Shown here piece after piece: positions 30,622 through 42,510 of a stretch of DNA of 64,000 bases. Under the pieces are notes generated by a model, which ran no database searches, was not told where the DNA came from, and saw only the letters and a program-made list of their open reading frames with translations. Positions within the stretch are counted from its first letter, which is position 1, and every line of letters starts with the position of its first letter. The stretch lies in NCBI RefSeq assembly GCF_009914755.1, contig NC_060938.1. One strand, given 5' to 3'. This stretch comes from the human T2T-CHM13v2.0 reference genome, Homo sapiens. Position numbers and translations under genes: made by a program.

Positions 30622-30660
<39 letters not shown>
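30517..30660. repeat. Compound (TA)n microsatellite region
   Basis: Several (TA)n runs read directly. Confidence 0.9.
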
Positions 30661-30661
<1 letters not shown>

Positions 30662-31844
30662 TACAAAAAGGGAGAATTCACTTCAGAACACAAGCAAATC
30701 TCTTATGGTATTGAACACAAATCTGAAGCAAAAAAAGTATCATTCAAAAAATATTTGAGACCGTTAACAAGAAACTTGAGTAAAATGTTAAAACACAAAA
30801 AACAAAACAAGATTAATACTCAATACATTGGCCAGCCAAACAATAATATATTTTATGAGATAAATATTTCTTACATATTAAACAATAAATAATAAAAATT
30901 AAAATTAACCAGGGGACAGAAATTAAAAAAGAATTACACCTAAGAATGCTTTCAATAGGATTGTTATTGTCAGACTAACATAAAGAAATTAGAAAACTTT
31001 GGGCTATTTAATGAGCAGGATATACACATCATTATAACCACTATGCATACATACGTGAGTTCAATTATTTCTCTCTCTGATATTATCAACCTCATTTCAT
31101 GATGCTAGCAATTATCATAGTAGCTAGCATTTATGTTTACTTACTATGTGTATGTTCTTTATACAGTATAAACGGCATGCCAGATATTCAAATAGCAATG
31201 CCACCTTGGCAATTCTGTGATTAAATCTGTGTTTTTTACTAAGGTTCAGAAGCTTTGGAATATTCACAGATGATATACTGTACCTTATATCCTTATAGAT
31301 GATTAATAAGCATGTTCTACTAAATGAAACAGGATAGAAAGGAATAATTTTAAAATTTGAGTCAAGTATATTTATGTAAATTTAATTCATATATAATTTC
31401 TCCTGAAAACTAGGCACTGCTCTTAACTTTACTTAGTATTTTCCTCTTTCCTTGACTCTCTCTATGCTAGACGATTCCTTATTTCTCCATAAAACTAAGA
31501 AAACATATGCATCAGCATATCTTACAACCAGTGGATACTAAGAGTTAATTTATTGGCACATTTCATGCAAAATTAATAAGAATGGAGGAGAAATAAGAGC
31601 CTGAGTGTATTAAATTTTCCTATTAGACTACTACCTGATTTTTGTAGGCCTAGTCATATATTTCTTGGGGATAGAGCAGGGTATAGGACATATTTATAGC
31701 TATTAAATATTTATATTTAAAAAGAGAAAGTAAGTACATAAGACCACTGTTAGAAATTTTAGAATTTGTTAGTTAAAAAAAAAAGAAACTTTAAGAAACA
31801 GCTGTTTTTGTTTATGGTTTCATTCTTCCAGGAGATAAATCAGA

Positions 31845-32090
31845 TTTAGTGTGGATCTGTGAAAATAGCATTGGAAGTGGAATCAGCAAGCCTCAGTAGG
31901 AGCTCTAAACCCTTCAGGAAATTACTGAAAGTTTAGTCAGGGTGCTTTACTTCTCTAAGCCTCAGTTTTCTTATATTTTATACAGAAATGATTATTTTTG
32001 TTCTGAGAATCTTAGCTAGTTATTATGAATAATGATAATAATATAAATGAATAATAGAAATGGAAACTTCATGCATTATAAAATACTACA
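31845..32090 (+). mobile_element. MIR
   Basis: GTGAAAATAGCATTGGAAGTGGAATCAG...TTTACTTCTCTAAGCCTCAGTTTTCTTAT. Confidence 0.6.
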
Positions 32091-32710
32091 GTAGATTCAG
32101 AGCAAGTTAAATAATAAAGCTGATTGAGAAGTTTTGCTGAAAGTGTAGCCTTCCTGGTCCAGAATACACCAGCTGAAATGTCTACTCAGAGAAGCTATAG
32201 ACAGAGTAACTAAAAGGGTATATATCATTCTTAGGTCAAGAAGGGAAGCCAGAAGTCAAGGCCACAGAAGACACAGGAAACATCATTTCCAAAGTGGGAG
32301 ACAAAGCTGTTAACAGGAAATTATTTGTAAAGTCAAGAGCCAAGCAAAACAGAAAAAGGACAAGAAATCTATCACCTGTGGGTATGAATGGTTCTAGGGA
32401 AGTCTGTTGACAATTGGAGGGTCTCAAAGGCGCTTTATGGTACTTATTTTATGACCCTGAGTCTGGAGTCTGATGAATTAAAGAGGAAATTCTGCTCTGG
32501 GCAACATTTAAGAGATAGTATCTCCAGGCAGTAACTTTCGTATTAACTCTCATAAGATTGATGCCATTCTGTCATCTAAAGTGTGGACAAAAGTAGCATT
32601 AAAGCAAAATGAAAGGATATACTAATCTTTGCATAGTTAATTTATAGCAATGCGATCTTTTAATCTATGTTTTTCTTTTTGGTCTCCTTGGAAAGCATGG
32701 TCATGCAGAG

Positions 32711-33234
32711 CAGTGGTTCTCCAAACTTTTCAGCACCAGGGACTGGTTTTGTGGAAGGCAACTTTTCCACATTCTGGGGTGAGGATGGGGGATGGTTTCA
32801 GGATTCAAATGCATTACATTTATTGTGTACTTTCTTTCTATTATTATTACATTGTAATATATAATGAAATAATTATACAACTCACTATAAGTGGGACCCC
32901 TGAGCTTGTTTTCCTGCAACTAGATGGTCCCATCTGGGATGATGGGAGACAGTGACAGATCATCAGGCATTAGATTCTCATAAAGAGCAGGCAACCTAGA
33001 TCCCTCACATGCACAATTCACAATAGGGTTCATGCTCCAATGAGCATCTAATGCTGCCACTGATCTGACAGGAGGCGGAGCTCAGGTGGTAATGCCAGTG
33101 ATGGGGAGCTGCTGTAATACAGATGAAGCTTTGCTCACTTACCCACTGCTCACCTTCTGCTGTATGGCTTGGTTCCTAAGCCGTACGGGCTATGCACTGG
33201 TACTGGTCAATGGCCCGGGGGTTGGGGAACCCTG
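32711..33234 (+). mobile_element. MER1A (hAT-Charlie MITE), essentially full length, perfect 8-bp TSD ATGCAGAG
   Basis: Termini CAGTGGTTCTCCAA / TTGGGGAACCCTG. Internal GATCATCAGGCATTAGATTCTCATAA. ATGCAGAG at 32703-32710 and 33235-33242. Confidence 0.93.
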
Positions 33235-33714
33235 ATGCAGAGTTTACCTGTAGATTTAAAATAATCTATACCCCACAATTTTATTTTAAGATGAATGCTT
33301 CAAGATTACAAGCCAATTAATTTAGCCACATAGGGCACTTATTTTAGTAAGACAAAAAAAAAAATGACAACACAAAAACACCAAACTCCTTTTATTTTTA
33401 GAATCCAACAACTATAAACTTAAGTACACAGACAAGTTTTATATTTTTATCCAGTCAGAAAGCAAGTTCATGATGTTGGTTCTAGACATTAAAACTATTG
33501 GTTGTTACCAATCACATGAAATAAAAATAATATCAGCAAATATATGAGTTAAAGAATTATACTTTATTAGGTACTAAAGGCCACATAAAGAAGGTCAATG
33601 CGATAGTTCTGCTTCTCATTTTAAAGAAAATACAAACAATTCAAATGTCAGTTCAAGCTAAAAGAGAAAAAGCACAAGACTGCACATCATTAATTACTTT
33701 GTAAAAAAAAGTAC

Positions 33715-34633
33715 TCAAAACATTTTGCATTCCTAGCAGCCAATTATAAGAGTTCCGATTGCTTTTCATTCTCATCAGCATTTAATACTATCAGTATACT
33801 TTAGTCATTCTTATAAATCTAGTAGTGGAATCTCACTTCAGTTATAATTTGCATTTCTCCAATGACATTAAATTGATGTTCTTACATTGAACATCTTTTC
33901 ATGTGTTTATTTTCTATCCATATATCCTCTTTAGTGACGTGTCTGTTCAAGTCTTTTGCCCATTTTTTAGTCAATTGTTTCCTTCCAGTAAAAAGTGTAG
34001 TGAGTATATATATTTTCTAACAAACTCTTGGTTAGATATATGCTTTCAAAGTATATTTTTCTTCTCTATAGCTTGTCTTTTAATTTTCTTACTAGGGCCA
34101 TTAATGAGGGAAACATTTTTAATTTTCATAAAACCCATTTATCAATTCCTTTTCTTTTATGTGATGTGTTTTTGTGTCATCTTTAAGAGCTCTTTACCTA
34201 ACCATAGATTATAATGATTTTCTTCTATGCCTTCTCCTAGAAGTTTGAAGTATTACATTTCATATTTAGATCTGATCCATTTTTGAGTTTTTTTTTTTGT
34301 ATATGGAAAGAGCTTTAGGTTGAGATTCTTTTTTTTTGCATATGGTTGTCCAATTGTTCTAACATTATTTATTGACAAAATTCATTCTCTATTGAATAGT
34401 TTTTGCACCTTTGTCAGAAATCAATTGGACATATTCGTGTAGGTCTGTTTCTTGACTTCATTTCATTGATCTATGTGTCTATCTTTTCACCAATACCACA
34501 ATATCTTGATTACTATAGCATTATGCTAAGTCCTAAAATCAGATAGCATCATTCTTCCCACTTCATTTTTCCTTTCCAACATTGTTTTTCCTGTTCTATT
34601 TCTTGTGTCTTTTCAAAGAGATTTTAGAATCAG
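33715..34633 (-). mobile_element. L1M ORF2 fragment, antisense
   Basis: AATTTGCATTTCTCCAATGAC, GTGTCTGTTCAAGTCTTTTGCCCATTTTT and TTGCACCTTTGTCAGAAATCAATTG. Confidence 0.8.
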
Positions 34634-35225
34634 ATTCAGAGTTGCATCCCTTTGAGCTTCTAATCTCCTTTTTTTTTTTTCATTCTAAATTTCTACAGTA
34701 TTCATTAGGTGAATTGACTACAAAATGGACTGCACTGAAAACACATCACATGATTTCATCGAGGAGATAGGAAACTTGAATCCTTACTAATGAGAAGGAA
34801 GTTAAGTCATATTAATAAAACTAATAATATATCAAAGTGATTTTCAAAAATTGCACTTAAGTATTAAAATTTATCCCAGGAGATATACTACAGAATAGTT
34901 TCCTGAAACATGAGAGTTGTTTTTTAAGAAGGGAAATTATGAAACGCTTGTATGCTAGAATAAAAAGCTCTGTTAATAACAGAACAAAATGAACATTTAA
35001 AAAATGTTTGAAAGTACTGTGAACCCCTAGGGAGCTTATGTGTATGAGAAGAGAGGAAAGAGTAAGAAAGGGAGGGGCTTCCAGTAAATTGACTGAAGGA
35101 AAAGTACTAGCCATTTAATCTGCCAAACTAAACAGGCATCTGATGTCCAACAGCTTTGGGAACATTGATCCCCTTATTGCACTGGAGCCCTTGAGTCATT
35201 TGCAGAGATTTGATGACTTGCTTTA

Positions 35226-35240
35226 TCGCCCCCTGGAGAC
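35226..35240 (-). promoter_or_regulatory. Candidate CTCF core motif
   Basis: Minus strand reads GTCTCCAGGGGGCGA versus consensus CCASYAGRKGGCRS. A CpG is retained in AT-rich unique DNA. Confidence 0.45.
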
Positions 35241-35344
35241 ATATAAATAGAACAACAAGTGCTTTCCCTGAGAAGATTATTAAGGGAAGTGAAGGGTATT
35301 TTTGACAAAGAAAAGTACAGAAATAATAAAGGCCAGATTACTTA

Positions 35345-35399
<55 letters not shown>
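35345..35399. repeat. (CTAT)13+ tetranucleotide STR
   Basis: 55 bp of perfect CTAT repeats at the tail end of the adjacent Alu. Confidence 0.97.
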
Positions 35400-35431
35400 G
35401 TTATATATATATATATATATAGTTATATATA

Positions 35432-35720
35432 TTTTTTTGAAATGGAGTCTCACTCTGTCACCCAGGCTGGAGTGCAGTGGCTTGATCTTGGCTCACTGCA
35501 ACCTCTGCCTCCTGGGTTCAAGCAATTCTCCTGCCTCAGCCTCCTGGTAGCTGGGACTACAGACACATGCAACCATGCCTGGCTAATTTTTTGTATTTTT
35601 GTAGTAGAGACGAAGTTTCACCATGTTAGCCAGGATGGTCTTGATCTCCTGACCTCGTGATCCACCCGCCTCAGCCGCCCAAGGTGCTGGGATTACAGGC
35701 GTGAACCACTGTGCCTGGCC
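35432..35720 (-). mobile_element. AluSc-like
   Basis: GTTAGCCAGGATGGTCTTGATCTCCTGACCTCGTGATCC (Sc/Y type) with S-type GCAACCTC and TTCAAGC. Confidence 0.93.
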
Positions 35721-37599
35721 ATACTTTATCTATTTTTAACTATCGCACCTTTTTAGCTGTCATTCAGCTTGGTCCATGTGATGTTTTACTAGATAGACTA
35801 GGACATATAAGCAGAGATATTTTAAAGAAATATGCAAATGAATCTTTCCTGGAGAAGCAAAGGTTAAAAATAAAAATAAAAAAACAGTAAACTCTGAGCA
35901 TACTTTAAATTTTCAAGTACTGTAAAGCCCCCTTTACATAATGTCCTAATATATCGTATCCTCACATAAATTTTTCTGAAAATCAGTGTAGGCATAATTT
36001 TGTGATTAGATTTTTTTTCTCACAGGAAGCAGAAAGTACATAGTTCATTTTTCCACTTTGTAAGTACTATTATACATACACAAACGTTTTCAGGCAATGG
36101 TAACTTTCATCCTTGTTTTTCTAACCCTCTTCTCTTTTGCTCTGCAGAGATTAGTTATAAATAAAGAACATATAGCCAGCTACATTACATTCCTAGATGC
36201 CTGAGTTTCTATCAATAGTGCAATTTTTTGATGAAACACATAGAAAATATCAACATGGCAAACTCTGAGATGTTACCTGGCGCCCTTCCACCAAAAAGGA
36301 TTTCTACCTCCTTTTCAAGACTGATTCATCTCTAGTTCACAAACAATCTAGCACTGAAATATTTCAGGTACCCACTCCTCTGAGGTCATTGTAAAAGCGA
36401 AGAATGAGACAACACCATATAAAAGAAAATTGTGTCACCTTTTCAGCAAATAAAAAGTTCAGTCTCAATTTCGTGCTGAAGTATGAAGCACAGTCCCTGA
36501 AGAGACAGCCAGTTTGGTTTGTTATAGCAGGATTTGTAACTGTGGAGGTGGAAAACTTTTTCAATCTATGAAAGATATTGTGAAACATTTACTGTGAAAA
36601 AGCTGGAATAATACCAACCAAAAGCTATAAAAGTAAGAGGGGGGAGGCTTAATTTGAGAAGTTTTACACTCTTTTATAAGAACGGCTCCATTATTCTTAA
36701 TACAGACAAAGGTTGAGTCAAGTTTGTGATGCAGTAAATGAAAAGTTCAGCTCATCTCTTCAAGCGAATCCATACAGATTCACAGCATTCGTTTCTCTCC
36801 CTGTTCTTCCTTGCCCTGCACTTCTTCATTTTGATTAGCTCGTTCCCTTAACTGGTGAAGCAAACATTTGTCCTTCAAGTCCAATAAGTTCTAACTGTCA
36901 TTAATCACAAGTTTCTTTAGTGAGTGTTTAAAAATTCTAATCAGGAGGGGAAGAGTGCTAAAGAGAAAATACGTGGCACTCTCCAGAAGAGAATCAGGGT
37001 CAAAAACTAGACAGCTAAGTTTGGAAGTCTCAGATAATTGAAAAACAAACAAACAAAGAAACAACAATCAAACTATAGCTCTCATAGTTTTGTTTTCAAA
37101 TAGATGTATACATTAAAAAGTCACTTATGTTCCTTTTTTGTGTAGATTAATTTGGGTAAACTGATTGAGTGTATAAATTGAATTCTGTCCCCTTTGTCTA
37201 GCCTGCACGCCATCTTTAATGGTAGTAAAGATGTATGAGGCATTAAACAAGAGGCGATAATTTTAGAGAAGAAATCAAATGTCAGAGATTTCAAGAATTA
37301 AAATGCCAAACACAAATTAACATTTACAATTTTTCTGTATCTTCACACACAGATTATTATTTAGTAGTTATAATTCTATTAGTGCCTAAGTCTTAGGGGC
37401 TGACAATTAGGCTCTAAGGGAGGCATAGTATAATTAGAGTCATGGACTAGTGGAGTCAGGATTACCTCTACTTTAGCTGGAATCTCTTTATGATGTATGA
37501 ATAGCCAGAATAAGAGGCATTTGAATATCCAAATATTTCATGTGTAGGCATATTTCTAATCCCTTTACAAGGCACCCCATGTAAGCTTCTATTTCTTTT

Positions 37600-38918
37600 C
37601 CCATTTCATTTCAGCCATCATTTATTGAGTTCTATTAGGCATTAGGTAAATATCAGGCTGTGTTAATACAAAGAAGAATACAAATGCTTTTAAGGAATCT
37701 CTGTCATTAGGAGAAAGGAGTAAAAAGAGAGAGGGGCATAAAGTAGTATTTTATTGCAATATTCAAAGTGTCATTAAAGGGTTGTATAGGATATCATGAA
37801 AAATAGATGAATTGTGTTTAACCTTACAAAGGAGAGGTGTTAGAAGACTCTCTGGAGGAGGTGACATATGGTGCTGAGTCTTAAAAGACAGGGTGTTGAT
37901 TACCAGGGGAAGAGAGAATGGCATGAGTATGTCTATTTAAGGCAGATGGAAGAGTTTGGATAAAGGCATGTAATCATGGCTTAGTATGATGTGTTTAGTG
38001 CTTTCTAAATAGTTGTTATTGCTAAAGTGCAAGGCACACGGGAGGAGGCAAAACTAAAAAGCAGATGGGATGAGGCCATGCAAATCATCATATGCACATT
38101 AAAAATTTTAAGTTTTTAGATAAGTTGGAAGTATTGAAGGATTTTAACCAAGTGAGTAATATCAGGTCTATGTTTAAGGTAAATCAATCAATTGGTAAAG
38201 TGGAGAATGTATCTGAAGGGTATAGAAGACAAATATCAGAAGTAGATTCGAACATCCTAGGCCAAAGACGATGAAGGTCTAAATTGGAAGGTTGGATCCA
38301 GAAATAAGTGGTTGCCCAGATTTGATGCATAATAATTAAACAAAATTGACAAGACTTGTAGATTATATATACAGGTAAAGGTAAGGTCCTTATAAACAAA
38401 ATACCTGAGATTTCTCACTAGGTGTCTGAATTGTTGGTAGAGCTATAAATTAACGTGGGATTTAGAAGGGAAATGATAAGTTCCATTTTAGATATCTTGA
38501 ATTTAAGAAACTCCTGAGACATAAAAGTGGAGAGGTTCAGAAGTAGAGTAGATATACATGTTTAATTTTCTCAAGAGAGATCCTGGTTAATGCTGAGTTT
38601 TGAAAACGTAAGAACATACAGCTAGAGTTAAGGTAAAAAATGTGGTGATCTTTCAAGGAGAAATTTAGTATAAGAAAACTCACTCAGTGGAGAGGAAAAA
38701 GTTGAGTGCACTAGCTTTTAAGAAATAATAGAGTCAAAGTAAATTAAGATTATTTAGAAACAAATTACAGGAGTTTGGTGTTACAGAAGTGAGAGAAATA
38801 AAATGTTTTAAGCAATAGAGAATTATCCATAACATTAAAAACAGCAGAGGGAGAAATAAAAATTAAGACTGAAAATGTCTGTTGCATTAAGGAGTCAGCA
38901 TTGACTGGGTTAGGAGCA
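37600..38918 (-). mobile_element. Long L2 fragment, resuming at about 40583-40630 after Tigger1
   Basis: TTTATTGAGTTCTA..., CTCTGGAGGAGGTGACATATGGTGCTGAGTCTTAAAAGA and GATAAGTTCCATTTTAGATAT...TTGAATTT. Confidence 0.7.
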
Positions 38919-40582
38919 CAGGAACGCCCCATTTTATTGTGCTTCACACATACTGTGTTTCATCTAAATTGAAGGTTTGTGGCAACCCTGAGTTGAGTAA
39001 GTCTGTCGGCTCCATTTTGCTGATAGCATGTGCTCATATTGTGTCTCTGTGTCATATTTTGGTAATTCTTGAAATATTGGAAACTTTTTCATTGGTATTA
39101 TATATATTTTAATGATCCGTGATCAGTGATCTTTGATGTTACTATTGTAATTGTTTTGGGGCACCACAAACTGCATCCATGTAAGAGAGAAAACTTAATC
39201 AATGCTGTGCATGTTTTGACTGCTCCACCGATTCACCTTTCCCTCATCTCTTTCGCTCTCTTTGGGCCTCTGTATTACCTAAGATGCAGCGATACTGAAA
39301 TTCGGCCAATTAATAACTCTACAATGGCCTCCAAGTGTTCAAATGAAAGGAAGAATCATGCACCTTTCACTTTCAGTCAAAAGCTAGAAATGACTGAGTT
39401 TAGTGAGGAAGGCATATCAAAAGCCAAGGTAGACAAAAGGCTAGGCCTCTTGCACCAAACATTTGGCCAAGTTGTGAATGCAAATGAAAAGTTCTTGAAG
39501 GAATTAACAGTGCTACTCCATGAGCTGCTCATGGAGCAAGGAGTAATTTTGACTTTCCACTCTTATTACTGAAGAAATACATTTTGTAAAGTGATGGTTG
39601 CCATAGATAGTGATTCCTCGGATGAATCTGGGTAAATTTAAAATCTTCTGGAAATAATTCACCATTTTAGATGCTATTAAGAATATTTGTGATTCCTGGG
39701 AGGAGATCAAAATATCAACATTAATAAGAATTTGGATAAAGTAGATTCCAACCCTTATGGTTGACTTTTAGGGGTTTAAGGCTTCAGTGGAGGAAGTAAC
39801 TGCAGATGTGGTAGAAATAAAAAGAGAACTAGAGATAAAATTGGAGCCTGAAGATGTGACTGAATTGCTGCCATCTCATGATTGAACGCATGAGGAGATG
39901 CTTCCTATGGATGAGCAAAGACAGTGGTTTCTTGAGACAGAATCTACACCTGGTGAAAATCCTATGAACATTGTTGAAATGACAACAAAGGATTTAGAAT
40001 TTTACATTAACTTAATTGATAAAGCAGTGACCATGTTTGAGAGTATTGACTCTAATTTTGAAAGTTCTACTGTGAGTAAAATGCTATCAAACAACATAGC
40101 TTGCTACAGGAAATCTTTTGTGACAGGAAGAATCAATGGATGTGACAAATATTATTGTTTATTTTCAGAAATTGCCACAGCTCCCCCATTCTTCAATAAC
40201 TATTACCCTGATCAGTCAACAGCCATCAACACTGAAGCAAGACCCTCCACCAGCATATCATTGTTGTTTATTTTCAGAAATTACCACAGCCACCCCATCC
40301 TTCAGTAAGCATTACCCTGATCAGTCATCAGCCATTACACTGAAGCAAGACCCTCCACCAGCAAAAGGATTATGACTTGGTGAAGGCTCAGATGATCATT
40401 AGCACTTTTAGCAACAAAGTATTTTTAAATTAAGGTATGCATATTTTAAAGACATCATGCTATTGCCTACTTAATATTAGTGTAAACACAAATTTTATAT
40501 GCACTGAGAAACCAGAAAGTTCTTGTGATTCATTTCATCTGCAGTCTAGAACCGAACCCCTGGTATCTCTGAGAAATGCCTG
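38919..40582 (+). mobile_element. Tigger1 (TcMar) with both ends, an internal deletion and a ~109-bp tandem duplication
   Basis: Left end CAGGAACGCCCCATTTTATTGTGCTTC...TTGAAGGTTTGTGGCAACCCTG. Right end GAACCGAACCC...TATCTCTGAGAAATGCCTG. Transposase remnants lie inside. Confidence 0.93.
39324..40110 (+). pseudogene. Disrupted Tigger1 transposase (TIGD1/CENP-B-like) remnant
   Basis: MASKCSNERK...QKLEM...SEEG...LGLLHQT...VVNANEKFLKE, then MEQGVILTFHSYY*, and later EQRQWFLETESTPGE...NIVEMTTKDLEFYINLIDKA. Contains stops and frameshifts. Confidence 0.85.
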
Positions 40583-41644
40583 ACACTTTCAGTGGAGGCA
40601 GAAGCCAGGTTGCTGTGGATGCAGAAAGGAACAGCATGAGGAAGGCAGGCTGCCATGATACAGGCAGACTGCATTGTCAAAAATTTAGCATAAGAAGGAT
40701 GTATGACATGATATCAGTGAGGCAAAGGAAATGTAAACCATTTGTAAATTATGTCATTTTTCTGCTACCTAATATCCAAAGTTTAAAAATTAAAGTACAT
40801 TTATTTGGTACATGAGCTTTTCTATAAAATGTAACCTTCCACCAAGAGTGGGAAATACAGTGAGCTATGTAAGCTGTCATTGCCACAATATTGGTTTTAT
40901 TTTACCCTTTTGTGAAAGTTCATTTTGATATTGCTGATAGAGGGGGTTGAAAATAATTCTACAAAATCTTGACGCTGTGCTTTTGAATTAATTCGAGTCT
41001 TCTTTTTGAAAATCTGAGCCTGTGAGACCAAGCTATACTTTTTCAATATTTATTAAATTACATTTCTAAAATCTAGGAACTATAGCTGGCTATAATGGAT
41101 ATCCCTATTGGTTAACACAAAGACGATGTGTTTGATTTCTTACAAGTTTTTTTTTTTTAATTATCACTTCAAGAAATATATACTTGGCAGCCAGAACTGG
41201 ATTCAGAGTAACATGTTACCTTATTACTCCCTCTGCTTGTTAATAGATGAAAGTCAAGTCCACAATTTGTCATACGCTTGATACCCCTAGCTAAAGTGAA
41301 TCTCATTATCCCCATTTTGCTCTTCTTTCTATGCAATTCTGTTTCTAACCCTCACTCATCACAAACCCCTCTCAAACCTCAAATTTAATGTTAATATTAT
41401 CCAATCTGTTTTAGTTGGAGTGGTCTGTCATTGTTTTTACATAATACTACTTTAATTTATCTAAACTTATTTTTTAAAACTTGTTTAAAAGAGGCTTTTT
41501 ATATAGAAAATAAAAATATAAAACAACTTGTCAATCTTCCATTATGGTCTATATTTATTTATTTATTTAGTCTGGTAAAAAACTCCTCCCATATTCTCTG
41601 GCTTAATGTTTACTTCTAGTTTTTTTTTTTAAAAAAAAAGGTTA

Positions 41645-41815
41645 AAGGGAATGGAAGTGACTACGAAGAATAAGAAAATTTTTTAAGGGGATGGTAATGT
41701 TCTACGACTTCATTGTTGTGATATCCTGTACATTGGTAAAACTCATTGGCTGTACCTCAAAAAAATACATTTTAGTGTCTGTGAGAGTATGCTTAAATAA
41801 ATCTGAATTTTAAAA
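41645..41815 (+). mobile_element. L1MC/ME 3' end fragment
   Basis: GGGGATGGTAATGTTCTA...AAAACTCATTGGCTGTAC...AAATAAA. Confidence 0.6.
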
Positions 41816-42054
41816 TTGCCTCTTAAATTTAGATAATTAATATGGATATTAAAAATATGTGTAGGCTATTGACAGAGAAATTGTCCTACCAAATATTAAA
41901 CATATTATAAAAGTGCAATGAAAGCGTTATAGACGTGACTCATGAATTGATTAACAATAAAACTGGCTAGATAGATACAGACCTATATAAATGTAATAAT
42001 GCATGCAATGAATAAGACTTTAGTTTAAAATTTAAAAAAATGAAAGCAAATATG

Positions 42055-42224
42055 TTGGGAGTCAGTTTGCCTCTGTTAGAATCCTAGCTTCACAATTTCT
42101 GTCATGTGATATGGGGGAAAAGATTCAAACTGTCTATCACTCAGTTTTCTCATTAGTTAAACAACAATAATTCCTATTTCACAGGGACCATGTAGAGATT
42201 AAATAAGATAATACACATAAAGCA
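42055..42224 (+). mobile_element. MIR
   Basis: GAATCCTAGCTTCAC...CTCAGTTTTCTCAT...TCACAGGG...GATTAAATAAGATAATACACATAAAGCA. Confidence 0.7.
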
Positions 42225-42510
42225 AAACTTCTTAACCTGTGATCCAGTAACACCCATGAGGTCCATGGGTAGGCATTAAGGGCTTGGAATTTTATGGAAA
42301 AAATTACATCTTCATTTTGATAAGCTGTGACTGAAGTGTACTATTTCCTCTATCATGAATGTAGGCAGCAAACCACAGTAGTATTAGCAGGAGCTATGGT
42401 GTTACCGTTAGAAATCAGATATTTTTATACACTACATTACTGTTTTTGTAAATATCTCAAAATCTTGTTTGATATTAGCCAACATAATAGTGTTATTAGC
42501 TCAACTTTCA
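42225..42510 (+). mobile_element. hAT-Charlie element (MER113/Charlie4-like), partial
   Basis: TTCTTAACCTG...GTCCATGG...GGAAAAAATTACATCTT...TGAATGTAGGCAGCAAACCACAGTAGTATTAGCAG. Confidence 0.7.

Noticed and set aside
35259-35660. 133-aa ORF with YLSI repeats
   Set aside because: Translation of the (CTAT)n STR plus an antisense Alu.
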